35,270 nucleotides of DNA from Candidatus Micrarchaeaceae archaeon (GCA_038878295.1 JAVZVY010000005.1:1-35270), one strand, 5' to 3'. Counted from the first letter of the stretch, positions 7,698 through 18,303 are shown. Numbers and translations are program-made. The notes: a model not told the origin generated them from the sequence alone.

Positions 7698-10208
7698 ATG
7701 GATACCATCGATTCCAGCAGTGGCATTGTCCCTATGAACTATTCGCTCTCGATAAAGCCTAACCTGAAAGACTTTCTGTTTGAAGGCAAGGTAAGCATAG
7801 ACGCGACCGCTACAAAAAGTGCAAGAACCATATCATTGAATGCAAAAGAGCTCAAATTCATTTCGGCACACGTTGAATCGCGTGGCAAAAGGCAGGCAGC
7901 AAAAATAAAAATGGATAAAAAGCAGGAAGCAGCAATCCTCATTTTGAAAGAGCCTGTTTATGGGCCTATACGCATATCAATCGAATACGCAGGCATTCAC
8001 AACAACAAAATGTACGGTTTCTATAGAAGCGAATACTATGCAGATGGGAAGAAGAAGTATATGCTAACGACGCAATTTGAACCTACCGACGCGAGGGCGG
8101 CATTCCCGTGTTTTGATAGACCAGATCTCAAGGCGACCTTCGACGTTTCTCTTACAATAGACAAAGACCTATCAGCAATTTCAAACATGCCTGTAAAAGA
8201 GGAAACTTATGCTGGCGTAAAAAAGACCGTAAAATTTTACAGAACTCCAAAAATGTCAACCTATCTACTCTATATGGGTGTTGGCGAGTTCAAATTCATT
8301 CAGGAAAACTTCAGCGGCACAAAAATAAGGGTTGTTGCAACAGGAGATAAAATAAAATATGGCAAACTTGCCCTGAATTTTGCTAAGGAATTTCTAAGAT
8401 ACTATCAAAACTATCTTGGCATAAAGTTTCCGCTTCCTAAGATGGATCTCATAGCTGTGCCAGATTTTGCCGCAGGCGCAATGGAGAACTGGGGAGCGAT
8501 AACATTTAGAGAGATAGATCTGCTTGCAGACGAGAAGCTTACCGCAATTACAAATATCCAGAGAATTGCAAATACAATCGCGCATGAAATGGCTCACCAG
8601 TGGTTTGGCGACCTTGTCACGATGAAGTGGTGGGACGATCTTTGGCTAAATGAGAGCTTTGCAACGTATATGGCAAGCAAGGCCGTCAACGCTACTCATC
8701 CAGAATGGGACGAAGACATAGAATACATCGTGGGCACATTTTCTTACGCTCTAAACTTTGACGAGCTCCATAATACCCACCCAATAAATGTGCCGGTGAA
8801 AACGCCAGACGAGATAAACAGCATATTCGATGGCATAAGCTACGAAAAGGGCGGCAGCGTGCTTCGCATGCTTGAGGCATATGCGGGCGGTGATGCGTTC
8901 AAGGCAGGATTGCACTCTTACCTAAAGAAGCATTCTTATTCGAATGCAACAAAGCAAGACCTGTGGAACGCCATACAGGATGCGGCAGCGCGACTGCACG
9001 AGCGCAGGGACATAACTGGGTTCATGAGCCATTGGATAAACACTCCGGGCTATCCAGCAGTGGTCGTCGAGCAAGGAAGAAACAAAATAAAGCTTATTCA
9101 GAAAAAGCACACGATAAGCGTGGAATCGAAGCCAAAATCTGCGTGGCCGCTGCCAATAGATTACATATCGGAGAAAGCTGAAGGCAGCATATTCATGGAT
9201 TCAATGACTGCGTATCTGAAGGCCAAAAGTTGGGCGAAGCTGAATAAAGGCCAGCTTTACCTTTACAGGGTGCATTATCCAAAGCAGGTACTTGAAGAAA
9301 TAGGAAAAAGAATAAAGGAAAAGCGCATAAGCGAGATAGACAGTTGGGGCGTAGAGAATGACTTGTTCGACTTGGCAAGATCAGGCAAGATCGAGATGAG
9401 GGAGTATCTCAATTTCATAAGCAGGTACATGATCAGCGCTGAATACCCTGCAAACGCGAGCATCCTTTCGCATCTTATGTGGCTATCGGCGATTTCCTAC
9501 GGAAAGAAGTACTATGCCGATGCCGCTTATTCGCTACAGGCATTCAGCAACAACGTTTTAAGCGCAATCGGGTGGCACGCAAAGAAAGGCGAGAAGCCTT
9601 ATATCCCAAGGCTCAGAAATACGGCAATACTTGCTTCCGGCTTTTCTAGAAACACCAAGGCATCGCAGAAAGCCATTGAGCTTTTCGTCAGGGCCTCGAG
9701 CAACAAGCACATAGACCCTAACATAAAAAGCGCAGTATACTCGCTTGCAGCATGGAATGGAGGCAAGCAGGTATACAACAAGCTCATAGAGATGTATGAT
9801 AAGACAAACCTGCCAGACGAGAAAGTGCGCTGCCTCAACGCGCTCGGTTGGTTCAAGAAAAAGGCATTATTGAGATCTTCGCTTGAATTCTCAATTTCAA
9901 AGTCTGTAAGGCCGCAGGATTCCTACATAATACACAGCTCTGTAGCTTCAAATCCTATAGGCAGGAAAATCATATGGCGGTGGACAAAGGAAAATTGGAA
10001 ACTGCTCATGCACAGATATTTTGGCGTTGGAAACATACTAAGAAGCTATATTACAGATCTTGCGCACATCTCCGATGAAGCCGAAAAAGAGGAAATCGTT
10101 GCATTTTTCAGTAAAAAGGCGAACATGCGAGCAGATATAAGGCGTGCTTACAATCAGACATTGGAGTTTATAGAAGCCAATATAAGGTTTGCGGAGCAAA
10201 ACGAATAA
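7698..10208 (+). CDS. M1 family zinc aminopeptidase (PepN / tricorn-interacting factor-like)
   Basis: TQFE, GAMENWG, HEMAH-x18-E (WLNES) and YEKGGSVLRML motifs, ERAP1-like C-terminal region. Confidence 0.95.
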   Translation: MDTIDSSSGIVPMNYSLSIKPNLKDFLFEGKVSIDATATKSARTISLNAKELKFISAHVESRGKRQAAKIKMDKKQEAAILILKEPVYGPIRISIEYAGIHNNKMYGFYRSEYYADGKKKYMLTTQFEPTDARAAFPCFDRPDLKATFDVSLTIDKDLSAISNMPVKEETYAGVKKTVKFYRTPKMSTYLLYMGVGEFKFIQENFSGTKIRVVATGDKIKYGKLALNFAKEFLRYYQNYLGIKFPLPKMDLIAVPDFAAGAMENWGAITFREIDLLADEKLTAITNIQRIANTIAHEMAHQWFGDLVTMKWWDDLWLNESFATYMASKAVNATHPEWDEDIEYIVGTFSYALNFDELHNTHPINVPVKTPDEINSIFDGISYEKGGSVLRMLEAYAGGDAFKAGLHSYLKKHSYSNATKQDLWNAIQDAAARLHERRDITGFMSHWINTPGYPAVVVEQGRNKIKLIQKKHTISVESKPKSAWPLPIDYISEKAEGSIFMDSMTAYLKAKSWAKLNKGQLYLYRVHYPKQVLEEIGKRIKEKRISEIDSWGVENDLFDLARSGKIEMREYLNFISRYMISAEYPANASILSHLMWLSAISYGKKYYADAAYSLQAFSNNVLSAIGWHAKKGEKPYIPRLRNTAILASGFSRNTKASQKAIELFVRASSNKHIDPNIKSAVYSLAAWNGGKQVYNKLIEMYDKTNLPDEKVRCLNALGWFKKKALLRSSLEFSISKSVRPQDSYIIHSSVASNPIGRKIIWRWTKENWKLLMHRYFGVGNILRSYITDLAHISDEAEKEEIVAFFSKKANMRADIRRAYNQTLEFIEANIRFAEQNE

Positions 10209-12095
10209 CTACATTTTCTCCGCGGTTTCTATTCCAAGCAGCTTCAAAGCGTTGCTTATTGTTATGGCAAACGCAGCGACTATCGCAAGCCTTGCGCCTC
10301 TATCAGCGCCTGCCTTCAGAACAGGCATTGTTTCGTAAAACTTGCTGAAAAGAGTAGACAATTCGATTGCGTACTCTGCGATTACGTCAGGTCTAAGCTC
10401 CCTTGCGGCCTTTTCAACGATGCTCGGCATCTTGCCTATAAGCTTTATCAATTCAAAGTCTATGCCGTTTGTGATCCCTCCATAATTGGCATTGCCAATC
10501 TCATTCTTCTCGGCTTTTTCGAGAATCCTCATAGCCCTTGCATACATGTACATGCAGTAGGGGCCAGAATTGCTTTCGAAATCAAGGGCTTTCTGCCACG
10601 AGAAGACCATTCTTTTTTCTGGATCAATTCGCAGAAACTCGAATTTTATAGCGCCAAGAGCAATCTTGGCCGCGACCTCATCATGAACCTTTTCATCTAT
10701 CTTGTTGCTTGACCTTATGATCTCAAGCGCTTTGCGTTTTGTCTCGCTGAGCAGGTCATCTGCCGTGTAATTTCTTTCCGTGCCAATCCATTCGCCCTTC
10801 CTGCCGCTTATCAGTGCGCTTCCCTCTATGCCGACCTCGCCATATGAAAGATGCACAAGATTGTTTGCCGCATCTGAATAGCCCATGCCTTCAAGGACGG
10901 CCTTTAGAACGAGTTGGGGGTATTTCTGCGCAGAGCCTATTATGTTTATCGATTTCTGAGCACCGCCAAAATGCATAGGCTTGCCATCCTTGCTTGTTGT
11001 GTACAGTGCTTTGCCGTTTGGCTGCGTATCTATGAAAACAGAATAGCTGAATTCGTCTTCGAGCAAGCCAAACTTCCACATGTGGAAGGCTATGTCCTTG
11101 GCTGTATAAGTGGCTACTCCATTGCTCCTTATCAGCACTTTCTTGTCGCCTTTCAAATCTTTTAGCTCCTTGTATCTTGTGGCTTTGAGGTCTGCGACAA
11201 TGCATCCTGCGTTTTCGCCGCTTTCTACCTTTTCTACGGCTCCTTTGTCAAGCGCCTTTTTGAAAGCCTTTCCCAGAAGCCCTACATTTACAATATCGCT
11301 CTCCCATACAAGAAGGTCATGGTATATGCCATAATTGTAAGCTGTTTCATATTGCGCCCTTACGCATTTTTCCGCTATTGCTCTTGCTTCACCGGCTTCT
11401 CTGCTTTTTATGTCTTCCATTTTCTCTAGTATGGCATTTACCTCTTCCTTGCCTTTGTCGTCAAGCATCTTGTTTATCTTGACGTAAATTTCTCCAAGCC
11501 ATACATCGTATTTCTTTTCAGGATGCGCTCCTGTCTTTTCGAGACCCCATATTATCTCAGCCATCTGCAGACCGAGATCATCTATGTAATCTATCCTCTT
11601 GACAGAATAAGAGCAGAGCGTGAGTATATTTGATATGGCGTCACCAAGCAGAGCGTTTCTCAGATGGCCTACATGCCACGATTTGTTCGGATTCACGCTA
11701 GGAAATTCTACTATTACGCTCTTGCCCTTTCCTGAATAGCTAATGCCATAGTCCTTTGAAAGTGCCAGTGCGGTTTCTATCACGCTCTTTGAGAAAGTTT
11801 CAATGTCAAGCCACGCGTTTATGTAACCGTCAAGATCTTCGATTCTTGAAATTGGCGCGGCAGGTTTAGCCGCAGCGACAATCTCAGCAGCAACTCTGTT
11901 CGGCGGCATTTTTATCGCGTTGGCTATCCTAAACGCTATCGAAGAGCTCATATCGCCGTGCTCGCCGCCATGCATTGATATGCTTGCGCGTATATGCTCG
12001 GCGTTTATACCAGTGTCAAGATTCGCCGCATGCAGTGCAGACTCTATGCATGCCACAAAGGCCTCATTTACCTCTTGCAATGGGTCATTCTGCAT
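10209..12095 (-). CDS. argS: arginine--tRNA ligase
   Basis: VEFPSVNPNK.WHVGHLRNA (HIGH motif), SGRKG, GPYCMYMYAR and C-terminal LLGI...EKM. Confidence 0.97.
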   Translation of the reverse strand: MQNDPLQEVNEAFVACIESALHAANLDTGINAEHIRASISMHGGEHGDMSSSIAFRIANAIKMPPNRVAAEIVAAAKPAAPISRIEDLDGYINAWLDIETFSKSVIETALALSKDYGISYSGKGKSVIVEFPSVNPNKSWHVGHLRNALLGDAISNILTLCSYSVKRIDYIDDLGLQMAEIIWGLEKTGAHPEKKYDVWLGEIYVKINKMLDDKGKEEVNAILEKMEDIKSREAGEARAIAEKCVRAQYETAYNYGIYHDLLVWESDIVNVGLLGKAFKKALDKGAVEKVESGENAGCIVADLKATRYKELKDLKGDKKVLIRSNGVATYTAKDIAFHMWKFGLLEDEFSYSVFIDTQPNGKALYTTSKDGKPMHFGGAQKSINIIGSAQKYPQLVLKAVLEGMGYSDAANNLVHLSYGEVGIEGSALISGRKGEWIGTERNYTADDLLSETKRKALEIIRSSNKIDEKVHDEVAAKIALGAIKFEFLRIDPEKRMVFSWQKALDFESNSGPYCMYMYARAMRILEKAEKNEIGNANYGGITNGIDFELIKLIGKMPSIVEKAARELRPDVIAEYAIELSTLFSKFYETMPVLKAGADRGARLAIVAAFAITISNALKLLGIETAEKM

Positions 12096-13634
12096 TCAAT
12101 CATTCGCTACTCTATCAAATTCCTTTGATATTCTTGGTATCTGCTCTATGATATCGCTCGCAAGAATGTGATAGCCTTTTTCCATTGCGAGCACCTCGCC
12201 AGCTTTCATGTGCAAGTATGCGCCTGCCGCAGCCGATTCGAACGCGCTTGCTCCCATAGCTTCATACGCACCTATAATCCCTGCAAGAACATCCCCCGTA
12301 CCCATCTTTGCTAAAACCGAAGACCGTGCCATATTGATTTTGAGCCTCTTTGGAGTCGCTATCAAACTGTTGTGCCCTTTTAACAATATGCATATCCCTA
12401 GATTCTTTGATGCATTAAGCGCGTACTCAGCCCTATCATAAGTGTTTGTAGCATTCTCTTTTGGAAGCTCAACTCCTGTAAGCATCAAGAATTCCCTATC
12501 GTGGGGCGTTGCAACGACTATTTCCGGATTTTTAAGTTTTGCATCCTTAAGCACTGGAATCGCGTCAGCATCCACTACGCACGGCTTACCCAATGAGTTT
12601 GCGTATTCTATGATCTTTTTCGCTGCGCTTGTAGACTCGCTTTCCCTGCCAAGGCCCATTCCTATAACGAGAGCGTTGGCCCTTCTGAGCTCTTGCTGCA
12701 ATGCGGGTAAATCTCTCTCTGAAAAGTGTGTTCCTGCCATTGGCTTTATTATTGCGTTTGTGCTTAGCTTTCTTGCCGCTTCGGTTTGGTGCTTTGGCAC
12801 GTATGTTATAACGTAGCCAGCACCGGTTCTGAGTGCAGCAAGTGATGCTGCAACAACCGCTCCTATATAAACTTCGCTACCACCAACCATTATAAGACGG
12901 CCATTGGCATTTTTGTCAGAAAACTTTTTCCTAATTGGCGACGCCACGAAGAGATCGCCAGGTCCTGTTATGAGTTCCGCTTCTATCGGTATGCCTATGT
13001 CTGCAACAATGACCTTTCCTGCATTTCTGAAATTAGACAACCCTTTCTTTGGCTTATGGAAGGTTATTGTGTAATCAGCAGAAAATGTCGAATTAGCATT
13101 TTCTGCTCCAGAGAAGCCTGACGGTACGTCTACGGCGATTTTCGCTGCATGGGATTTATTGGCGCGCTCTATCATGCGCCTTATTCTTTCTGGCATATTA
13201 CCAGAAAAGCCTGTGCCAAATAACGCGTCAACGATCACGTCGCAATCCTTAAGATGCGCAGCAACGTCGTCAGCCTCTGCATTCTCTATTATCTTTACAG
13301 AGAGCATATCAACAAGCGCGTTGAAGTTAAGCACAGCTGGCCCCTGCTTTATCTGCTCTTTTTTGAATGGCAATGCAACGGTTACATTCAAATCGTGTAG
13401 GTGTCTCGCAGCCACAAATCCGTCGCCTCCGTTGTTGCCGCTACCGCACAGAAATAGAACATTTTTGGATTTTGGAAACCTGTTTTTTATGAAGCTCGCA
13501 ACCGCGATTCCAGCGGCTTCCATCATTTGGATGTCGCGTATGCCGAGCGATTCAGCATTAATCTCAACAGCGCGCATTTCGTCTGCATCCAGCTCTTTTT
13601 TTGTGTAATTAACGAACTCTTTTAAATTTTGCAT
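12096..13634 (-). CDS. nnr: bifunctional NAD(P)HX epimerase/dehydratase
   Basis: YjeF-N motifs GNNGGDG, DALFGTG and DVPSG; C-terminal GMGLG, DADA, TPH..EF and GTGDVLAG. Confidence 0.95.
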   Translation of the reverse strand: MQNLKEFVNYTKKELDADEMRAVEINAESLGIRDIQMMEAAGIAVASFIKNRFPKSKNVLFLCGSGNNGGDGFVAARHLHDLNVTVALPFKKEQIKQGPAVLNFNALVDMLSVKIIENAEADDVAAHLKDCDVIVDALFGTGFSGNMPERIRRMIERANKSHAAKIAVDVPSGFSGAENANSTFSADYTITFHKPKKGLSNFRNAGKVIVADIGIPIEAELITGPGDLFVASPIRKKFSDKNANGRLIMVGGSEVYIGAVVAASLAALRTGAGYVITYVPKHQTEAARKLSTNAIIKPMAGTHFSERDLPALQQELRRANALVIGMGLGRESESTSAAKKIIEYANSLGKPCVVDADAIPVLKDAKLKNPEIVVATPHDREFLMLTGVELPKENATNTYDRAEYALNASKNLGICILLKGHNSLIATPKRLKINMARSSVLAKMGTGDVLAGIIGAYEAMGASAFESAAAGAYLHMKAGEVLAMEKGYHILASDIIEQIPRISKEFDRVAND

Positions 13635-13681
13635 ATCATATAATAGATAAACAACTAATAAAATACTTTTTAGGTGCTTGA

Positions 13682-14524
13682 ATAGTAAGAGTATTTTCGC
13701 AAAGGGGAAAGCTCGCGATTTATCTGCCCTACGAGGTAAAGGAAACCCTTGGGCTAAAGGAGAATGACGAGCTGCAGTTCATGAAATTCAGTGAGAATGC
13801 GTTCATCATCGCAAAAGAAGATTACATAGCAAAACTGATAGCTGGAAACCAGCAACTTGCGTACCAAGTGCAAGCCCAGCCTGGCAAGGATCAGCTCTCA
13901 GAAGCCGAGATAAGTGTGCTAAAGAAGCTCGACGGGCTCAGGTACCTGCAGCGTACTCCAGATGCGGTCGCAAAGATACTTAACCAAAACGAAAAGGCAA
14001 TACTGCAGGCGCTCATAAAGCGCAGATACGTGACGCTTTTTAAGGGCAAAAGCGGCGCTGAGCTTTACAGCATATCAAACAACATATACAACAAGTTTCT
14101 TATGAGAAAAAAGCCGACTCAACAGGCGCAGGGACAGATGCAAAAGCCTGAACCTGTACACCTACTGATAAAGGACGCTGCGCAGAAAAGTGCCGATATA
14201 GAAACTCTCGAAAAGAATGGTTACGTTGTGTTGCCCACTGAAGTTCAGGCGGCAAGTTTGTCGCTCGCCCTCGAAGAAAGCATAAGGCAGGGCCTTGTAA
14301 TAGGCACAAGGGCTTTCAACAAAAAGTTCTACATTCTGTTAAGGCAGTTTTTCGACGCGCATGCGAACGGTCTTTTGCAGCAGCTTAAAGATGGTCCGAA
14401 AAAGATTGGCGAATTGGCGCAGAGCGAAAAGATAGATGCTGAAGCTGCAAGAGGCATAGCTTACATCCTCGCCGAGGGCGGTGAGGTGAGCGAAATAAGC
14501 AGAGACACATTCGAGCTCGCATGA
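13682..14524 (+). CDS. putative DNA-binding protein: N-terminal AbrB/MazE-like domain plus winged-helix-like domains; probable ATA start (first ATG is 13781)
   Basis: The in-frame upstream extension IVRVFSQRGKLAIYLPYEVKETLGLKENDELQF fits the AbrB consensus. The C-terminus LKDGPKKIGELAQ...ARGIAYILAEGGEV resembles a wHTH. Confidence 0.7.
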   Translation: MVRVFSQRGKLAIYLPYEVKETLGLKENDELQFMKFSENAFIIAKEDYIAKLIAGNQQLAYQVQAQPGKDQLSEAEISVLKKLDGLRYLQRTPDAVAKILNQNEKAILQALIKRRYVTLFKGKSGAELYSISNNIYNKFLMRKKPTQQAQGQMQKPEPVHLLIKDAAQKSADIETLEKNGYVVLPTEVQAASLSLALEESIRQGLVIGTRAFNKKFYILLRQFFDAHANGLLQQLKDGPKKIGELAQSEKIDAEAARGIAYILAEGGEVSEISRDTFELA

Positions 14525-14551
14525 TTCATGTTTCAAAGCGATGGCGGTTCA

Positions 14552-15163
14552 ATGAAAGTGTATTCTCTTGAAGAAGGGGAGAAGCTTGTAAAGGCTGCGC
14601 GCTATGCGATAGAATTGCATATAAAGTCGCCTAATTTCAACAAATCCATCATAGAGCACCATATCGAAGGGTTCAACCAAAAGCATGGCGTATTCGTAAC
14701 TATAGAACATTATCCAACAAAAGAGCTTAGGGGCTGCATAGGCTTCATAAAATCAATGGGTCCAATAAAATCTTCTTTGGTAGATGCTGCAATAGCTGCG
14801 GCTTCTGAAGACCCAAGATTTGTTCCTGTCTCACATAGGGAATTGAATGACATAACCATAGAAGTGAGCATATTGTCAGAACCAAAGCGTCTCACTGGCA
14901 CCCCCGAAGAAATTGAAAATTCGGTGAAAATAGGCAGAGACGGCCTCATAATAGAATACGGCTTTTACAGCGGTCTCCTTCTTCCAATAGTTGCGGTTGA
15001 ACAGAAATGGACTGCGAGGGAATTCCTAGAAAACGTTTGCCTAAAAGCCGGTCTGAGCCGTCACATGTGGAGGCAGCCTGGCGTGGAGCTTTACACGTTT
15101 ACAACGCAGGTATTCAGAGAAACCGAGCCTAACGGCAGCGTCATCGAGGAGAATCTTGATTAG
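14552..15163 (+). CDS. AMMECR1-domain protein
   Basis: GVFVTI, LRGCIG, AA.EDPRF, IEVSILS, GRDGL, SGLLLP.VA and CLKAGL motifs. Confidence 0.95.
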   Translation: MKVYSLEEGEKLVKAARYAIELHIKSPNFNKSIIEHHIEGFNQKHGVFVTIEHYPTKELRGCIGFIKSMGPIKSSLVDAAIAAASEDPRFVPVSHRELNDITIEVSILSEPKRLTGTPEEIENSVKIGRDGLIIEYGFYSGLLLPIVAVEQKWTAREFLENVCLKAGLSRHMWRQPGVELYTFTTQVFRETEPNGSVIEENLD

Positions 15164-15165
15164 CT

Positions 15166-16233
15166 ATGAGAATAATAATGCTTATAGACATGGATTCTTT
15201 TTTTGTGGCTTGCGAGGAGCTTAGAAGACCTGAGATAAGGGGCAAGCCGGTCATTGTCGGCGCGGATCCGAAAGGCGGATCCGGCAGGGGCGTAGTTAGC
15301 ACTGCAAGCTACGAAGCCAGGAAATATGGAATAAGGAGTGGCATGCCGATATCTGCCGCATATAGGCTGAAGAAGGACGCAATATTCCTGCCTGTTGATG
15401 AGCCATATTACGAATCTGTTTCAGAAAAGGTAATGGCGGTAATACGCGGTTTCTCTGAAAAATTCGAGCAAGTGAGCATAGATGAGGCTTACATAGACGT
15501 TTCAGAGAAAATAAAAGACTATGATAGCGCGATGGCGTATGCGAAATCCATAAAAGAAAGAATGCTAAAGGAAACGGGGCTTAGATGCTCAATAGGCATA
15601 GGACCAAACAAGCTTATAGCAAAAATGGCATGTGAGGCTTCAAAGCCGGACGGCATCAAGCTCGTCAAAGAGGACGAAGCAAAAAAATTTCTCGCGGACA
15701 TGCCGATAGAAAAGCTTTATGGCGTCGGCAAGAAGAGCGCCGAGAAGCTGAAGGCTCTTGGCTTCAAGAAGATATCAGACATAGCTAACGCTAATCCGAT
15801 AATCCTATTTGAGAATTTCGGTTCATTTGGAGCCGAGCTTAGCAGAAGTGCAAACGGCATAGATAACAGCGAAGTGATAAGCAATTATCCGGTAAAATCT
15901 ATAGGCAGGGAGCGCACTTTTGAACAGGACACAGCAGACCCTCTTACGATAAAGAATGCCTTAAGGCAAATGTCGGATGAGGTTGCAAGAGAGCTCAAGA
16001 AGCAGGGCTTCTCATTCAAGACAGTCACGCTCAAGATAAGATACTCAAGCTTTGACGAGCATCTGAAGAGCAGAACTCTCGGTTATGTTTCAAATAGCGC
16101 AGACACAATATACAACACAGCGCTGGGCATATACAACAGCATAACGCACGAGGAGCTAATCAGGAAAATAGGCGTCAGAGTTTCTTCCCTTGAAAAATAC
16201 AAAGGTCAGAGAAAAATGCAGGACTATTTCTGA
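15166..16233 (+). CDS. dinB: DNA polymerase IV (Y family)
   Basis: IDMDSFF, SYEARKYG, SIDEAY, NKLIAK...KPDG; C-terminal PIP box QRKMQDYF. Confidence 0.97.
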   Translation: MRIIMLIDMDSFFVACEELRRPEIRGKPVIVGADPKGGSGRGVVSTASYEARKYGIRSGMPISAAYRLKKDAIFLPVDEPYYESVSEKVMAVIRGFSEKFEQVSIDEAYIDVSEKIKDYDSAMAYAKSIKERMLKETGLRCSIGIGPNKLIAKMACEASKPDGIKLVKEDEAKKFLADMPIEKLYGVGKKSAEKLKALGFKKISDIANANPIILFENFGSFGAELSRSANGIDNSEVISNYPVKSIGRERTFEQDTADPLTIKNALRQMSDEVARELKKQGFSFKTVTLKIRYSSFDEHLKSRTLGYVSNSADTIYNTALGIYNSITHEELIRKIGVRVSSLEKYKGQRKMQDYF

Positions 16234-17165
16234 GCTTTGCTTTGCTCATACTTCAGTTTTAGCAGGAACTCCCTGGCAACAAGAGCGGCCTTTGCGCCGC
16301 TTCCGGCTGCTGTGACGGCCTGTCTGTAAAATCTGTCAGCAACATCGCCGGCAACGAACACGCCATCTATGTCTGTTTTGACTTCATCCTTCGTGATTAT
16401 GTAGCCCTGATCATCGGTCTTCAACTGGCCTTTAAATATGGCTGTATTTGGATCGTAACCTATTGCAACAAAGACGCCGTCAATCTTCATCTCAGTTACT
16501 TCGTTTGTAAGCACGTTTCGCAGCTTTACGCCAGAAACCTTTGTGTCGCCGAGTATTTCATCGACAACAGTGTTCCATATAAATTTTATTTTGCTGTTTG
16601 CGAATGCCCTTTCCTGCATTATCTGGCTAGCCCTAAGCTTGTCCCGCCTGTGCACTACTGTAACGCTTTTTGCAAAGTTTGTCAGAAAGATTGAATCCTC
16701 CATTGCGGTATCGCCGCCGCCAACAACTATCACATCCTTGTTCTTGAAGAATGCCGCATCGCAGGTTGCGCAGCTTGATACGCCCCTGCCTATGAATTTC
16801 TTTTCCGAAGGTATGCCAAGCCACCTTGCAGAAGCTCCAGTTGCAACTATCACAGAAAGGGCTTCATAGACATCGTTGCCCACAAAGACTTTCAATGGCT
16901 TCGAACTGAAGTCCACAGCACTTGCATCGCCATCAACAAATCTTGCGCCGAATTTCTCTGCCTGCTTCCTTAATCTGTCTATTATCTCTGAGCCATAAAT
17001 GCCGTCGGGAAATCCAGGAAAGTTTTCAACGGTAGTTGTCAGCAACAGCTGGCCTCCTGCTGACATTCCGCTTATTACAACAGGCTTGAATCCATCGCGT
17101 GCGCCATAAAGGGCAGCCGTAAGCCCAGCAGGTCCTGATCCTATTATTACCAAATCTTCTACCAT
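16224..17165 (-). CDS. trxB: thioredoxin-disulfide reductase
   Basis: GSGPAG, GGQL, CATCD, GGGDTA, HRR (NADPH-binding) and AAGSG motifs; start taken at MVEDL. Confidence 0.97.
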   Translation of the reverse strand: MVEDLVIIGSGPAGLTAALYGARDGFKPVVISGMSAGGQLLLTTTVENFPGFPDGIYGSEIIDRLRKQAEKFGARFVDGDASAVDFSSKPLKVFVGNDVYEALSVIVATGASARWLGIPSEKKFIGRGVSSCATCDAAFFKNKDVIVVGGGDTAMEDSIFLTNFAKSVTVVHRRDKLRASQIMQERAFANSKIKFIWNTVVDEILGDTKVSGVKLRNVLTNEVTEMKIDGVFVAIGYDPNTAIFKGQLKTDDQGYIITKDEVKTDIDGVFVAGDVADRFYRQAVTAAGSGAKAALVAREFLLKLKYEQSKAQK

Positions 17166-17302
17166 AAAATCGCTCGCAAATTGCGAATAAATAAATATTT
17201 CCGCTAGCACAAATAAATAGTTTTTGGTTCTTTGTGCGAACATGCGGACATGCGCGTACAATAATTTATATTTCTTTTTTTCTAATTAATAGCGGCGACC
17301 TG

Positions 17303-18292
17303 ATGTCAATTCCACTTGGCATGCATAGAATAGCGCTTGATGGGATAGGACGCAATCCAAGCCTGAATTTCATATCTCATGCGCATGGTGACCACGTAAG
17401 GAAACTTAGCCTTGAAACCATAATGAGCGAGGAGACGCGCGAGCTCATAGAATTGATCTATGGAAGGAAAATGTTGCGAGCTTCTACTGATGGCGTTAAA
17501 CTGCTAGACGCCGGCCATATACTTGGGTCCAAGCAGCTCTTCGTGGAAGATTATGAGCATGGCTATTCGATTGTTTATACCGGAGACTACCAGATTGAGC
17601 CTTCGTTCGCCGCGAAGTCCATAGAGATACGCGAAGCCGACATAGCGATAGTCGATTCCACATACCCATATCCAAATGTCAAGTTCGACGACAAACTGCA
17701 GGTTGCAGAATCCATACAGAGATATGCGCACGAAGCGCTAAGCAGGGGCATAGTCCTCTTCGGGGCGTATGCGCTTGGCAAAGCCCAAGAACTAATAAGA
17801 ATACTAAATGGCGCGGGCATAGTTCCAGTCGTGAGTAAAAAAATAAGCGCTATAAACAAAATTTACGAAAGGAACTCTTTCGCGCTGGAATATGTCTCAG
17901 CTTACGACGACTATGACGAATTTAATTCCACAATAGGGCAAAATTTTGTAGCAGTTATAGAAAGCCAGAATCTAGGCGCGCTCAAGCAGGAGCTCAAAAG
18001 ATTTTACAGAAAAGAGGTTTATACAGCAGTCGCAACAGGTTTTGCAAAAATCTATAGATTCAATACCGACGCGCAGTTTGCGCTTAGCGACCATGCAGAC
18101 TTCAAGCAGGCCATAAGCTACATAGACGCGGTTAATCCTAGCATCATATTTACGTTCGGAGGCAATGCCAAGCTTTTCGCTTCGAATCTTCGCAGATTGG
18201 GCTACAACGCTGAGCCTTACAACGATTTCGAGCTCGTAGAGCCGGTTGCCGAGACAGCATCAAAGACAAAAAATGCGAAGCCTGCCGAATAA
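17303..18292 (+). CDS. metallo-beta-lactamase/beta-CASP family nuclease
   Basis: SHAHGDH, AGHILGS, YTGD, DST, YALGKAQEL and SDHAD motifs. Confidence 0.88.
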   Translation: MSIPLGMHRIALDGIGRNPSLNFISHAHGDHVRKLSLETIMSEETRELIELIYGRKMLRASTDGVKLLDAGHILGSKQLFVEDYEHGYSIVYTGDYQIEPSFAAKSIEIREADIAIVDSTYPYPNVKFDDKLQVAESIQRYAHEALSRGIVLFGAYALGKAQELIRILNGAGIVPVVSKKISAINKIYERNSFALEYVSAYDDYDEFNSTIGQNFVAVIESQNLGALKQELKRFYRKEVYTAVATGFAKIYRFNTDAQFALSDHADFKQAISYIDAVNPSIIFTFGGNAKLFASNLRRLGYNAEPYNDFELVEPVAETASKTKNAKPAE

Positions 18293-18303
18293 ATGGTGCA
18301 TAA

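Noticed and set aside
17166..17302. N-terminal extensions of trxB and the beta-CASP ORF in the ORF track (likewise at 2230, 4276, 26944, 28152)
   Set aside because: They span AT-rich promoter sequence; downstream ATGs match the family N-termini and/or the RBS spacing.
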